From an uncultured Gemmatimonadaceae bacterium (GTDB lineage Bacteria; Gemmatimonadota; Gemmatimonadetes; Gemmatimonadales; Gemmatimonadaceae), in assembly GCA_963716745.1 (NCBI GenBank), contig OY970320.1, forward strand, positions 1,728,001 to 1,792,000: a DNA stretch of 64,000 bases, in the 5' to 3' direction. The position numbers and the translations under genes are program-made. Shown here in pieces: positions 30,547 to 40,437 of this stretch. Position 1 is the first letter of the stretch; the number at the start of each line of letters is the position of its first letter. Under the pieces are notes generated by a model that saw only the letters and a program-made list of their open reading frames with translations, was not told where the DNA came from and searched no databases.

Positions 30547-31440
30547 ATGTCCCGCCTGGACCCGATCTCAGACTTCTTCGAGCGCATCATGAAGATCAGC
30601 ACAGCGCTGCCGTTGATACTGGTGCTCCCGATCATCGGATTCGTGGGCTATCAGGCGGTGACACAATTCCAGGAGTCGGAAGCCGAGAAGGCGGCCGCCG
30701 CGAAGGCGAGCGCCCCTTTGCTCGACGACTCCGCAGCCGCCGCACAGGCGGCCGCCGCCGATCCGGGTCCGCCGCAGCCCGAAAGTCCCGGCCCCGTCGT
30801 CGTCTCGTCGCAGGCCGCGGCAGCGATCGCGCAGACCAACTCGGACGCCGGAACGACGGTGGGCCGGGATGTCGCCGACGTGCGGCGCCGTGTGATGCTC
30901 GGCTCGAAAGGCACCTACATCGATGAGATCCTCGCGGTGAGCGACTCCGGTCTCGCGCGCTGGCCCGACCGCCTGGACAATCCGCTCCGCGTCTGGGTCG
31001 CCGACGGGAAGGGGATCCCGGGATGGGACCCGCGTTATCCCGATCAGGTGCGCGAGGCGTTTGACACGTGGGCGCTCACCGGTCTGCCGATGCGGTTCAC
31101 CTATGTGCGCGACAGCGTCGACGCCGACGTCGTGGTGGGCTGGCTCGAGAAGTTCGACACGCAGATCACGGGCCGCACGCTCTGGTCGCGCGACCGCAAC
31201 TGGTGGATCGTGAACGGGAGCATCATGCTCGCGCTGCATCACACGGGCGGCGAGGCGCTGGACGAGAAGGCGATCCACGCGATCGCGCTGCACGAGGTGG
31301 GGCACCTGCTGGGCCTCAACCACAGCGCCGACACGATGAACATCATGACCGCGCGCGTGCGCGTGCGGGAGCTGTCGGACGCCGATCGCGCGACGATGAA
31401 GCTGCTCTACTCGCTGCCGCCGGGCTCGCTCAAGAACTGA
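30547..31440 (+). CDS. Matrixin (M10-like) metalloprotease, membrane-anchored
   Basis: HEVGHLLGLNHS...IM Met-turn; N-terminal TM segment. Confidence 0.88.
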   Translation: MSRLDPISDFFERIMKISTALPLILVLPIIGFVGYQAVTQFQESEAEKAAAAKASAPLLDDSAAAAQAAAADPGPPQPESPGPVVVSSQAAAAIAQTNSDAGTTVGRDVADVRRRVMLGSKGTYIDEILAVSDSGLARWPDRLDNPLRVWVADGKGIPGWDPRYPDQVREAFDTWALTGLPMRFTYVRDSVDADVVVGWLEKFDTQITGRTLWSRDRNWWIVNGSIMLALHHTGGEALDEKAIHAIALHEVGHLLGLNHSADTMNIMTARVRVRELSDADRATMKLLYSLPPGSLKN

Positions 31441-31446
31441 GCGGCG

Positions 31447-32583
31447 TCACAGCTTCAGCGTCACCGTCTGCTTCTTCTTCTGGCGCACGATGTCGAGCGT
31501 GAGGCTCGCGTCGCGCGCGCGCCGCACGAGCTGCGAGAATTGCCCCGGGCTCGAAAGGGTCGTGCCGTTCGCGCGCGTGATCACGTCGCCGTCGCGCAAG
31601 CCGGCCCGCGCCGCCGGCGTGCCCTGCAGAACGCTCAGCACGAGCAGCCCTGAATCGACTCCGAAATAATCCTTGAGCGCGGCGAACTGCTGCACGTGCG
31701 CGCCGGCGACGGTGAGGTTGTCGTACGAGAAGCTGTACGACATGCCCATCCCCTTCGCCATCGGCGCCGGCCACGGCCGCGGCGGCAGCGGCGTGTAGGC
31801 CGACGGACTCTCCGGCGGCTCCGGCGCCTCCGGCGCCTCGCCGGGCGCGTCAGGCATGACGGTAATATCGGCAGGCGGTGCCCACGAGCCGGGGCGGCGC
31901 TCCACGAGCACCGTGCGATCGACCGTAACTTTGCCGCGCTTCAGTCTCAGCGTCAGCTTGTTGCCGGGTCGCAACAGCTCCTGGAAGCTCGGCGTGCCCT
32001 TGAGCACGTCGCGGCCGGCGAACGCGAGTACGAGGTCCTGCGACTCCACACCCGCCCGCTCGGCGGGAGAGTCGGGCTCCACTGTCTCGACCAGCGGATA
32101 ATCCTTGAACCGCATCATGCGGCGGCCGCTGTCCGAATAGGTCGTGTACGAGCCGGAGAAGGTGATGCCCAGCCAGCCGGAAGGCGGGCGCGGCGTGACG
32201 CGGATCGTCATCGGATCCATGTAGATCTTCATCGCCTGCTGCTGCGCGACGCTGATCTCCACGCTCATCATCCGCATCACGAACCGGTCGTACGCGCGCT
32301 TGGAGACTTCATAGCTCGTGTTCGACTGATAGTACGCCGCTTGCGAGGACGAATCGTTCTTCTCGAGCATCGCTTCGCGCGCGTCAATGGCCGCCTCGTA
32401 GCGTTTGTCCATCTCGGCGCGCAGCGCCTGCTCTTGTGCGCGCATCTTCTCCAATTCGGCGCACTGCGCACACGGCGCAGCCTTGGGAGTCGGTGCGGGC
32501 GGCGCCTCCTGTTGCGACGCCACGGGCGCGGCGAACGCCGCCGCAAGAAGGAACAGTGCGATCGATCCTGTGGAGCGCATCAT
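31447..32583 (-). CDS. Exported tandem-PDZ protein with coiled N-terminus and no protease domain seen
   Basis: Signal peptide; GWLGI..VEPDSPAERAG; GLLV..V..GTPA.RAGLRDGDVI. Confidence 0.85.
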   Translation of the reverse strand: MMRSTGSIALFLLAAAFAAPVASQQEAPPAPTPKAAPCAQCAELEKMRAQEQALRAEMDKRYEAAIDAREAMLEKNDSSSQAAYYQSNTSYEVSKRAYDRFVMRMMSVEISVAQQQAMKIYMDPMTIRVTPRPPSGWLGITFSGSYTTYSDSGRRMMRFKDYPLVETVEPDSPAERAGVESQDLVLAFAGRDVLKGTPSFQELLRPGNKLTLRLKRGKVTVDRTVLVERRPGSWAPPADITVMPDAPGEAPEAPEPPESPSAYTPLPPRPWPAPMAKGMGMSYSFSYDNLTVAGAHVQQFAALKDYFGVDSGLLVLSVLQGTPAARAGLRDGDVITRANGTTLSSPGQFSQLVRRARDASLTLDIVRQKKKQTVTLKL

Positions 32584-32589
32584 GATTCT

Positions 32590-33306
32590 CTAGTAGCTCG
32601 TGAGCCTGACGCCGGCGGGGAGCGTGCTGCCGAGCTGCTGCAGCGTGACTTCCCGCGCGCTGCGCGCGGAGAGGAGGTATTGGTTGAGGATCGGATCATT
32701 GGGCGACGCGTTCACCGCCTGCAACGCGGCGTCCGACACCTTGTCGAGCGCGGCGAGGCGCGAGCGATAACGGTCGGTATCGCCGCGGCCGTACGAGCTG
32801 TCGTGCGCCGCGATGAACGCCGCGGCCACGCGGTAGTCGTGCTCCGCGCGCTGCATCACGGTGAGCGCGTCGGTGAGCGTCGTGATCTTCGTTCCGTCCA
32901 GCGCGACGATGCCGCGCGTGGACGCGAGCTGCGCCGGCGTCGAGGAGCCCGATCCCGAGCCGAGGCCCACGTCGAGCGGCTGGCCCGGCGCGGTGAAGCG
33001 GCCGAGCGCGAGCGCGCTGGCGGCGACCACGATCACGGCGGCGGCGCGCATCCAGGGACGCACGCGCGCGGCGAGCGAGCCGTCGCGGATCACGCCCGCG
33101 TCGCGGAGCGCCGGCGCGAGCGCGCTCCACGAGGTGAGCGGCGCGTCGAGCACCGCCTCTCGCGTGCGCGCACCCGCGTTGCGCAGGGCGCGGTAGACTG
33201 CGGCCTCACGGGCGCAGGCGACGCACTCGGCGAGGTGCTCCGCTTCCGTCGCGTTCGGTTCGGTGTCGGCCAGTGCGGCCAGAGCTTCAGCGTTGAGGTG
33301 CGGCAT
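32590..33306 (-). CDS. Membrane anti-sigma factor (zf-HC2-like)
   Basis: HLAECVAC, TM helix, periplasmic helical domain; downstream of sigma. Confidence 0.8.
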   Translation of the reverse strand: MPHLNAEALAALADTEPNATEAEHLAECVACAREAAVYRALRNAGARTREAVLDAPLTSWSALAPALRDAGVIRDGSLAARVRPWMRAAAVIVVAASALALGRFTAPGQPLDVGLGSGSGSSTPAQLASTRGIVALDGTKITTLTDALTVMQRAEHDYRVAAAFIAAHDSSYGRGDTDRYRSRLAALDKVSDAALQAVNASPNDPILNQYLLSARSAREVTLQQLGSTLPAGVRLTSY

Positions 33307-33862
33307 GTCCGTAACCCATTGCCGGCGTCGGGTCATCCATCAGGTGCGCGAGCAGCCGGCGAAGCTTCGCGCGTGCCTTGAACAGTTGTGATTTCGATGC
33401 GCCTGCGGTGATGCCCAGCTGTGTCGCGATATCCTCGTGCGTATAGCCTTCCACGTCGTGCAGCGTCCAGACCGTGCGTGCGCCCGGCGGCAGTTGCGCC
33501 GCCGCCTGCTCGATCGATTCCGCGAGGAATCCGCGGTCGTGATCATCGCTCACGCTCACGCTGTCCTCTTCGATCTCCACTTCCACCTTCCCGAGCCGCC
33601 GCACTTTGCGCAGCGCGTTCAGCGTGCGGTTCACCGCGATCCGATGCGCCCACGTGCTGAACTGCGAGTCGCCGCGGAACGTCGGCAGCGCGCGGAAGAT
33701 CTGGATCCACACATCCTGCGCGATGTCGGCCGCCAGATCGCGGTCCTCCGCGAAGCGGAGCACCACCGCATCAATGTGCGGCGCATACTGCGACCAGAGC
33801 TGGCGCAGCGCGCGTTCGTCGCCATTGATGGCGCGGCGGATCGTGATCGAGTCCGGTTCCAT
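33287..33862 (-). CDS. ECF sigma-70 factor (RpoE/SigW-like)
   Basis: GDERA, DIAQDVW, FRGDSQFSTW..RIAVN, HDVEGYTHEDIA, SKSQLFKAR. Confidence 0.93.
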   Translation of the reverse strand: MEPDSITIRRAINGDERALRQLWSQYAPHIDAVVLRFAEDRDLAADIAQDVWIQIFRALPTFRGDSQFSTWAHRIAVNRTLNALRKVRRLGKVEVEIEEDSVSVSDDHDRGFLAESIEQAAAQLPPGARTVWTLHDVEGYTHEDIATQLGITAGASKSQLFKARAKLRRLLAHLMDDPTPAMGYGHAAPQR

Positions 33863-33928
33863 GAGCTCGTCCAATTGGTCACTGTGGGAGCGCGCAGGGT
33901 TGCCACGAACAGCGCCCCGCGCCCTCCC

Positions 33929-33954
33929 TACGCGGCGCGCTGCGAGTCGTTACA
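33929..33954 (-). promoter_or_regulatory. Putative autoregulatory ECF promoter TGTAAC-N16-CGTA
   Basis: Minus strand tgtaac gactcgcagcgcgccg cgta upstream of the sigma gene. Confidence 0.6.
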
Positions 33955-34017
33955 GCCAGTGCCGCGCTTCGTCCCTCCTACACCACGCGGCACGCTTCCT
34001 CCCTCCAGGATCCCCCA

Positions 34018-36123
34018 GTGGCATCTCCCTCCGGATCGGCCGGCGCGACCGCGCCCTCGCGCGACTCGGCTCTTCGCCTGGCCGGCTTCTCCTTCCTGAT
34101 CTTGTTCCTGGAACTCGCCCTGATCCGGTATGTCGCCGCCTATGTGCGCGTGTTCGGGTTCTACGTCAATTTCGTGCTCATCGCCACCTTCCTCGGCATG
34201 GGCGTCGGGCTGCTTCGCGCGGCGTCCGCCCAGCGCCTGAAGTGGATGGGTCCGGTGGTGCTCGTCGCGCTGCTCGGACTCGTGAGAGTGTTCGCCGCCA
34301 CCTCGATCCGAGTCAATCCCGATGAGCACGAGGCACTCTGGTCGATCTTCCCGCACGTCAGCGGCGAGATCGCGATCGTGCCGGCAGTGCTCATCCTGTT
34401 CACGATGTGCACGCTGCTCTTCGTGCCGCTCGGCGCGCTCATGGGCGCCGAGTTCCGGAAGTTCCGCCCACTCGTCGCGTACTCGTACGACATCGGCGGC
34501 AGTCTCGCGGGCGTGATCCTCTTCGGCCTCATGAGCGCGCTGCACACCGTTCCGCTCGCGTGGTTCGCGATCGCGCTGGCGGTCTGGTTCGCGCTGTCGC
34601 TCGACGACCGCCGGTTCATCGTCGCACTCGCGCCGCTCGGCGCGGCCGCGCTGCTGCTCGTGGCGAAGACTGCCGCGCCGCAGGGAGAATACTGGTCGCC
34701 GTATTACCGCATTACGACCGACCATCGCGCCAATCTCACGCGCGTCAGCGTGAACGGCGCGCTGCATCAGTACATGGTGAACTTCGCCGCTGCCGGCGAC
34801 ACCGGGCGCGGCAAGCTCGGCGCGTTCATCGCGCAAACGAAGTCGGCGTACCTGCTGCCGTATTCGTTCGTGCCGAGCGTGGACACCGCGCTCGTCGTCG
34901 GCGCGGGCACGGGCAACGACGTGGCGCTCCTGCTGGGACTCGGTGCCAAGTACATCGACGCCGTCGAGATCGATCCGACGATCTACTCGCTCGGCAAGAG
35001 CGAGCATTTCATGCACCCGTACAATGACCCGCGGGTGCACGTGCATGTGAACGACGCGCGTGCCTTCCTTCGCCGGTCGTCGCAGCATTACGACGTGATC
35101 ACAATGGGCACGCTCGACAGCCAAACACTGCTCTCCGGCATGAGCTCGGTGCGGCTCGACAACTACGTGTACACGGTGGAGTCGATGGAGTCGGCGCGCG
35201 ACCATCTCAAGCCCGACGGCAGTCTCATCGCGTACCATCTCTCGCCCCGCCCGTACATCGCGGCGAAGGTGTTCCAGATCATCGCCGTGGCGTTCGGGCA
35301 GCCGCCGCGCGCGATCCGGCAGGACAGCGGATTGTTCAATCTCACCGTGATCGCGGGCGCCGGCGCGGCGGGCGCACACCTGCTGCCGAAGGATTCCGTG
35401 CTGCTCGCCGAGGTCACGCTGCCGCACGACGACTGGCCATATCTGTATCTGAGCGAGCCGGTGATCCCAGCGCACTATCTCACCGCGTTGGCCGGCGTGC
35501 TGGCCATCGCAGTATTGCTCATCGGCGTCGCGGGATGGGGCGAGCTCCGGCGCCGCGAGCGCGAGGATGCCGACCGGCGCGGCGACATCGCGCTCTTCGC
35601 GATGGGCGTGGGATTCTTGCTGCTCGAATCGAAGAGTGTCACCGAGATGTCGCTCCTGTTCGGCTCGACGTGGAACGTGAACCTCCTCGTGTTCGGCTCC
35701 ATTCTCGTCGTGATCGGCGCGGCGAACGGGATCGTGATGCGCTTCGAGCGCGCGATGTTGCCGAAGTTGTTCATCGGACTCTTCGCCACGCTGGCGCTCG
35801 CGTACGCGGTGCCGGCGCACGCGCTCCTCGGCCTTGGGACGGCGGGTGAGTGGTTCGTGGGCGGACTGCTCGTGGCGCTGCCGATCTTCTTCGCGGCGTC
35901 GATCTTCGCGCTGTTGCTCCGCGACCGTGCCGACGCGACGCGCGGGCTCGCGTGCAATCTCCTCGGCGCGATCATCGGCGGCGTGCTCGAATACGGCGCA
36001 ATGGTGGTCGGCATCAAGGCGCTGTATCTGATCGCGGGCGCGGCCTATCTGTGCGCGATGGTCGCGGCGCTGGCACCCGCGACCGAAACGGTTGCGGTAC
36101 CCCAGGCCGAGCCCGCGGCGTAG
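34018..36123 (+). CDS. Membrane protein with central spermidine-synthase-like SAM-binding domain
   Basis: About 7 N-terminal TMs, WSPYY, VVGAGTGNDV, VEID, DAR, YD.I, and C-terminal TMs. Confidence 0.85.
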   Translation: MASPSGSAGATAPSRDSALRLAGFSFLILFLELALIRYVAAYVRVFGFYVNFVLIATFLGMGVGLLRAASAQRLKWMGPVVLVALLGLVRVFAATSIRVNPDEHEALWSIFPHVSGEIAIVPAVLILFTMCTLLFVPLGALMGAEFRKFRPLVAYSYDIGGSLAGVILFGLMSALHTVPLAWFAIALAVWFALSLDDRRFIVALAPLGAAALLLVAKTAAPQGEYWSPYYRITTDHRANLTRVSVNGALHQYMVNFAAAGDTGRGKLGAFIAQTKSAYLLPYSFVPSVDTALVVGAGTGNDVALLLGLGAKYIDAVEIDPTIYSLGKSEHFMHPYNDPRVHVHVNDARAFLRRSSQHYDVITMGTLDSQTLLSGMSSVRLDNYVYTVESMESARDHLKPDGSLIAYHLSPRPYIAAKVFQIIAVAFGQPPRAIRQDSGLFNLTVIAGAGAAGAHLLPKDSVLLAEVTLPHDDWPYLYLSEPVIPAHYLTALAGVLAIAVLLIGVAGWGELRRREREDADRRGDIALFAMGVGFLLLESKSVTEMSLLFGSTWNVNLLVFGSILVVIGAANGIVMRFERAMLPKLFIGLFATLALAYAVPAHALLGLGTAGEWFVGGLLVALPIFFAASIFALLLRDRADATRGLACNLLGAIIGGVLEYGAMVVGIKALYLIAGAAYLCAMVAALAPATETVAVPQAEPAA

Positions 36124-36232
36124 GCCGAATCCGGGAACTCTTCGGCCGTTACAACGCCTTGTCCCGTAGCGTCTTGAGTGTGCGCCCCGTTAGTCTTCGT
36201 TGTAGCCAATTCCCTCCGTCGTTCGGGTCACT

Positions 36233-37588
36233 TTGCTCCTCCATGCACTGCTCATCGCCGGCGCCGCCGCGCTGCCCGCCCCCGGTCTCCCCGTCAAGAG
36301 TCCGGCGAGCGTTGGCATGTCCGCGAAGCGCCTGGAGTCCATCGATCGCATCGTGAAGCGAGGCGTGAACGCCGGTGGGTATCCTGGCGCCGCCGTCGTC
36401 GTGGGCCGCAAGGGCGCGATGGTCTGGCAGAAGGGATTCGGCCGCGTGTCGTGGGGATCGAAGTCGCCGCCGGTGAAACCGGGCGAGACGATCTACGATC
36501 TCGCATCGCTCACGAAGGTCGTGGGCACGACCACCGCGATCATGCTGTTGTACGACGAAGGGCGCATCGAGCTGGACAAGCCCGTGCGCGAGTACCTGCC
36601 TGAATTCTCCGGCGGCGACAAGGACAGTGTCACGATCCGCGAGCTGCTCGAGCACCGCTCCGGACTACCCGCCGACCGCGACATCTGGAAGATGGCGCAC
36701 AATCCGATCGACGCGCGCGCCGCCGTGATCGGCGTGCCGCTCGTCTGCCGTCCGGGCGATTGCTACGTGTACTCCGATCTCGGCGCCATCGTGCTCGGCC
36801 TCGTCGCTGAACGCGTGACAGGCCAGGGTCTCGACGTGTACTTGCACGAGCGCGTGTTCGCACCGCTCGGCATGACGCACACGTTCTTCCGTCCCGCGGA
36901 TTCGCTGCGCAAGAAGATCGCGCCAACGGCGATCACGCCCAACGGCGACTACATGGTGCGGGGCGTCGTGAATGATGAGAACGCCGCGGCGCTCGGCGGC
37001 GTGGCGGGCCACGCGGGACTGTTCAGCACCGCCGGCGATCTCGCGGTGTTCTCGCAGATGCTGCTCAACGGCGGCGTGTACGACGGCGTGCGCATCGTGA
37101 GCGATTCCGCGGTGCGCCTGTTCACCACGCGCGCGGCCGGCAGCCGCGCGCTCGGATGGGCGATGGCCGACGGCCAGTGGGGATCGGGGCGCTATCTCTC
37201 CGACGGTTCGTTCGGCCACGTGGGATTCACCGGCACGTCGATCTGGATCGATCCGACGCGGGAGATGTTCGTCATCCTCCTCACGAACCGCGTGTACAAG
37301 CCGAAAGTGCGCGGGAGCTTCAAGGCGATCGCGGACATCCGCGCCGATCTCGCGGATGCGGCGGCGGTGAGTGTCACCGACGATCCCGACCAGTTGCTCG
37401 CGATGCCGGATTCGTATCGCTCGGAATTGCGCCATGGGTGGAACCCGCGTCCGCCGCGCCGGCACCACACGCACCACACGCCGCACAGCTCGACCTCGAA
37501 GGGCAAGTCGTCCGGCGGCAAGAAGACCTCGGTCAAGAGCGCGTCCGCGACCAAGCCGTCGGCGGCGCGCGCGTCCGGAGCCAAATGA
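36233..37588 (+). CDS. Beta-lactamase-class serine hydrolase with basic low-complexity tail
   Basis: YDLASLTK (SxxK), LLEHRSG, YSD, AGHAGLFST, FGHVGFTG. Confidence 0.9.
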   Translation: MLLHALLIAGAAALPAPGLPVKSPASVGMSAKRLESIDRIVKRGVNAGGYPGAAVVVGRKGAMVWQKGFGRVSWGSKSPPVKPGETIYDLASLTKVVGTTTAIMLLYDEGRIELDKPVREYLPEFSGGDKDSVTIRELLEHRSGLPADRDIWKMAHNPIDARAAVIGVPLVCRPGDCYVYSDLGAIVLGLVAERVTGQGLDVYLHERVFAPLGMTHTFFRPADSLRKKIAPTAITPNGDYMVRGVVNDENAAALGGVAGHAGLFSTAGDLAVFSQMLLNGGVYDGVRIVSDSAVRLFTTRAAGSRALGWAMADGQWGSGRYLSDGSFGHVGFTGTSIWIDPTREMFVILLTNRVYKPKVRGSFKAIADIRADLADAAAVSVTDDPDQLLAMPDSYRSELRHGWNPRPPRRHHTHHTPHSSTSKGKSSGGKKTSVKSASATKPSAARASGAK

Positions 37589-37899
37589 CCGCGCCGGCGG
37601 CGAGCGTGACCGAGGATCAGATAAGGCTCGCGCTGCGCCGCGTGAAGGACCCTGAGCTGAACCTGAACATCATCGACATCGGGCTCGTGTACGGGATCAC
37701 CGTCACCGGCGGCGACGTGGTGATCGACTTGTCGCTCACGTCGCCCGGTTGCCCGAGCGGTCCCGAGATCATGACCGGCGCCGAAGAGGCCGCGCGCGGC
37801 GTGGACGGCGTGACGGGCGTGGCCGTGAACCTGGTGTGGGATCCGCCCTGGACGCCGGATCGGATCGAGCCGCGGATCAGAACTTATCTAGGGTTCTAA
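37585..37899 (+). CDS. sufT: DUF59 metal-sulfur cluster assembly factor (SufT/PaaD-like)
   Basis: V.DPEL..NI.D.GLVY, LTSPGCP, VWDPPW. Confidence 0.9.
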   Translation: MTAPAASVTEDQIRLALRRVKDPELNLNIIDIGLVYGITVTGGDVVIDLSLTSPGCPSGPEIMTGAEEAARGVDGVTGVAVNLVWDPPWTPDRIEPRIRTYLGF

Positions 37900-37919
37900 C
37901 CGAAGTTCGGGGTGCACGC

Positions 37920-39065
37920 TCAGCCCTTCATCGCGCGCACGGCTGCGTCTCCCAGCACTCCCGCCTGCCATTTCTTGATCCCGGGGACAGCGGACAGTTC
38001 CGCCAGTGACGTCGGCTTCGCGCGCGCGATGGACTCGAGCCGCTCGCGCGATGCGAGCACGCCCGGGTCGAGATCGAGCTTGGCCGCGGCCGCTTCGCGC
38101 ACTCCGCGCAGCCGGTTCACGCGCTCATCGAATTCCGCGTCCTTGTCCCAGCGCGCGGCGCGCGGGTAGCGCGGGAGCGAATCCTCCGGCAGCGCGACGC
38201 CTCGCGCCACTGCGTCGATCAGATCCCGCCCGCGGCGCTCGGCGATGCCGCGCGGCATCCCCTTGATCGTGCTCAGGTCGGCGGTCGATTTCGGTTGCAG
38301 CTTCGCCAGTTCGAACAGCACCTCGTTGCCCATCACGCGGAAGGTCGCCCGGTCGAGCTCCTTCGCCACCGAATTCCGCCACGCGACGATCTCGCCGAGC
38401 ACCGCGAGTTCGCGGCGCGAGAGATCGCGCGCGCCCTTCATGCGCATGAACGCGGTGGACGGATCCTCGCGCTCCCACTTCGTGCCCTCGAGGCCTTCGA
38501 ACTCCTCCGCCGCCCAGGAGAGCCGGCCCATCTTGTCGAGCTCCGCGCGCATCTTGTCGCTCAGGTCGAGCAGGAACGCGGTGTCGAGCGCCGCGTAGTC
38601 GAGCATGCCCTTCGTGAGCGGGCGCAACGACCAATCGGCGCGCTGGAATTTCTTGTCGAGCTTCACGCCGAAGTACCGCTCGAGCAGCGCCGCGAGCCCG
38701 AAGGCCTTGATGCCGAGCAGCTGCGCGGCGATGCGCGTGTCGAAGATGTGGTTGACGTGCCAGCCGTAGTCCTGGTGCAGCAGGCGCAGATCGTAGTCGG
38801 CGTCGTGCAGCACGACCTCCACCGCGCGCGATTGGAGCAGCTCGCCCATGCGCGCGGGGGCGCCGATGGCGAGCGGATCGAGCACCGCGGTCACGCCGGG
38901 CGCGCTCACTTGCAGGAGGTAGATCCGGTCGACGAACCGGTGGAACGACGCGCCTTCCGTGTCGAGCGCGATCGCGCCCGTGAGCGGCAGCGACGCGAAG
39001 AACTTCTCGGCGGCGGCGGGCGTGTCAATGTAGAGCGGAGCGAGCGTGGCGATGCGCTGCGGCAA
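37920..39065 (-). CDS. rnd: Ribonuclease D (DEDDy exonuclease + HRDC)
   Basis: ALDTE, H.ADYD, FDT, DWS.RPL, YAALD. Confidence 0.93.
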   Translation of the reverse strand: MPQRIATLAPLYIDTPAAAEKFFASLPLTGAIALDTEGASFHRFVDRIYLLQVSAPGVTAVLDPLAIGAPARMGELLQSRAVEVVLHDADYDLRLLHQDYGWHVNHIFDTRIAAQLLGIKAFGLAALLERYFGVKLDKKFQRADWSLRPLTKGMLDYAALDTAFLLDLSDKMRAELDKMGRLSWAAEEFEGLEGTKWEREDPSTAFMRMKGARDLSRRELAVLGEIVAWRNSVAKELDRATFRVMGNEVLFELAKLQPKSTADLSTIKGMPRGIAERRGRDLIDAVARGVALPEDSLPRYPRAARWDKDAEFDERVNRLRGVREAAAAKLDLDPGVLASRERLESIARAKPTSLAELSAVPGIKKWQAGVLGDAAVRAMKG

Positions 39066-39194
39066 GGCGATCCTCTTGAGGGCCGTTCGTCACGAAAGCT
39101 CTCACCAAGACCGTCGCGGCGGAAGCTTCCGCGCGGGCGCGGGCCGGTGCATCATCTTCCGGCGCTCTCCGCGAGAACCCGCTCCCAGGTGGTC

Positions 39195-40358
39195 ATGGCC
39201 TCCCCCGTTTACCGCTCGTCGCAGCCGATCCACCCGCGCTCGGATGGCTGGACCAACGCGGCCATCCTGCGCACTGCGTGCCTCGTCACGCTCGTCGGGG
39301 TGGTGCTCATCCTGCTCTGGCGCGCGAGCAATGTGATCCTGCTCGTGTTCCTCGGCGCGCTCTTCGGCATCGCGATCGCGCCGCTGGCCGACAAGCTGGC
39401 CAAGCGGCGCATCCCGCGCGGACTAAGCGCGGCCATCATAGTATTCGCGTTCCTCGGCGCGCTCACCGGCATCCTGTCGTACGTCGGCCCGACACTCATT
39501 CGCCAAGGCGGCGAGATCGAGAAGAACCTTCCGGCCTCGCTACTCCGGCTCGAGGCGTGGCTCAACGCACGCACCAACGGCGTGGCGAGCACGGTGATCT
39601 CCGACCAGGCCGCCGCCGCGTCGGGCGATACCACGGCGACGGCGCGTTCCACGCGCACGAAGCACGTGGACATCACGCAGCAGATCAACGACGGCATCAA
39701 CTTCGCAATGCGATACGTAGTGGACATCCTCGGCGCGTCGCTCACGGTGATCGCGGCAATCGGCCTGATGCTCGTGCTCGCGATCTATGTGGGAGCGGAG
39801 GCCGATCTCTACCGGCGCGGCCTGCTGTCGCTCTTCCCGCCACAGCTGCGCCCGCGCATCAACGAGGTCATGGCCGCGACGGCGCACACCCTGCGCAAGT
39901 GGCTGCTCGCGCAGTTCATCGCGATGGCGGTGATCGGGCTCGCGAGCTTCCTCGCCTTCTCGATCATCGGGATCCACGCCGCGTTCGCGCTCGCGCTCAT
40001 CGCCGGGCTGCTCGAATTCATCCCGACCCTCGGCCCGATCCTCAGCGGCTCGATCGCGGTCGCAATGGCATTCCTCGACTCGCCCAGCCAAGCGCTCTGG
40101 GTGCTCTTCGCCGCGATCGTGATCCAGCAGCTCGAGAACAACGTGCTGATCCCGATGCTCATGAAGGGCGGCATGGACCTCCCGCCCGCGCTCACGCTCG
40201 TGATGCAGGGACTCATGGCGATCCTGTTCGGCTTCGCCGGGATGCTCGTGGCCGTGCCGCTGCTTGCCGCGCTGATCGTGCCCGTACGGATGCTCTACAT
40301 CGAGGACACGCTCGGTGGCGGCCTCAAGTTCGAGGCGCCGGCGCCCGAGTCCGGATAG
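39195..40358 (+). CDS. AI-2E family transporter
   Basis: Multi-TM; FIPTLGP, QQLENNVLIP, GMLVAVP. Confidence 0.9.
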   Translation: MASPVYRSSQPIHPRSDGWTNAAILRTACLVTLVGVVLILLWRASNVILLVFLGALFGIAIAPLADKLAKRRIPRGLSAAIIVFAFLGALTGILSYVGPTLIRQGGEIEKNLPASLLRLEAWLNARTNGVASTVISDQAAAASGDTTATARSTRTKHVDITQQINDGINFAMRYVVDILGASLTVIAAIGLMLVLAIYVGAEADLYRRGLLSLFPPQLRPRINEVMAATAHTLRKWLLAQFIAMAVIGLASFLAFSIIGIHAAFALALIAGLLEFIPTLGPILSGSIAVAMAFLDSPSQALWVLFAAIVIQQLENNVLIPMLMKGGMDLPPALTLVMQGLMAILFGFAGMLVAVPLLAALIVPVRMLYIEDTLGGGLKFEAPAPESG

Positions 40359-40437
40359 CACGGCGCGCCGCCTGCCGCGCGCCGCGCGCGCCCGATATAC
40401 TTAGCTTCCTTCGCCCTCAACCCGTCGCCCGCGCTGA

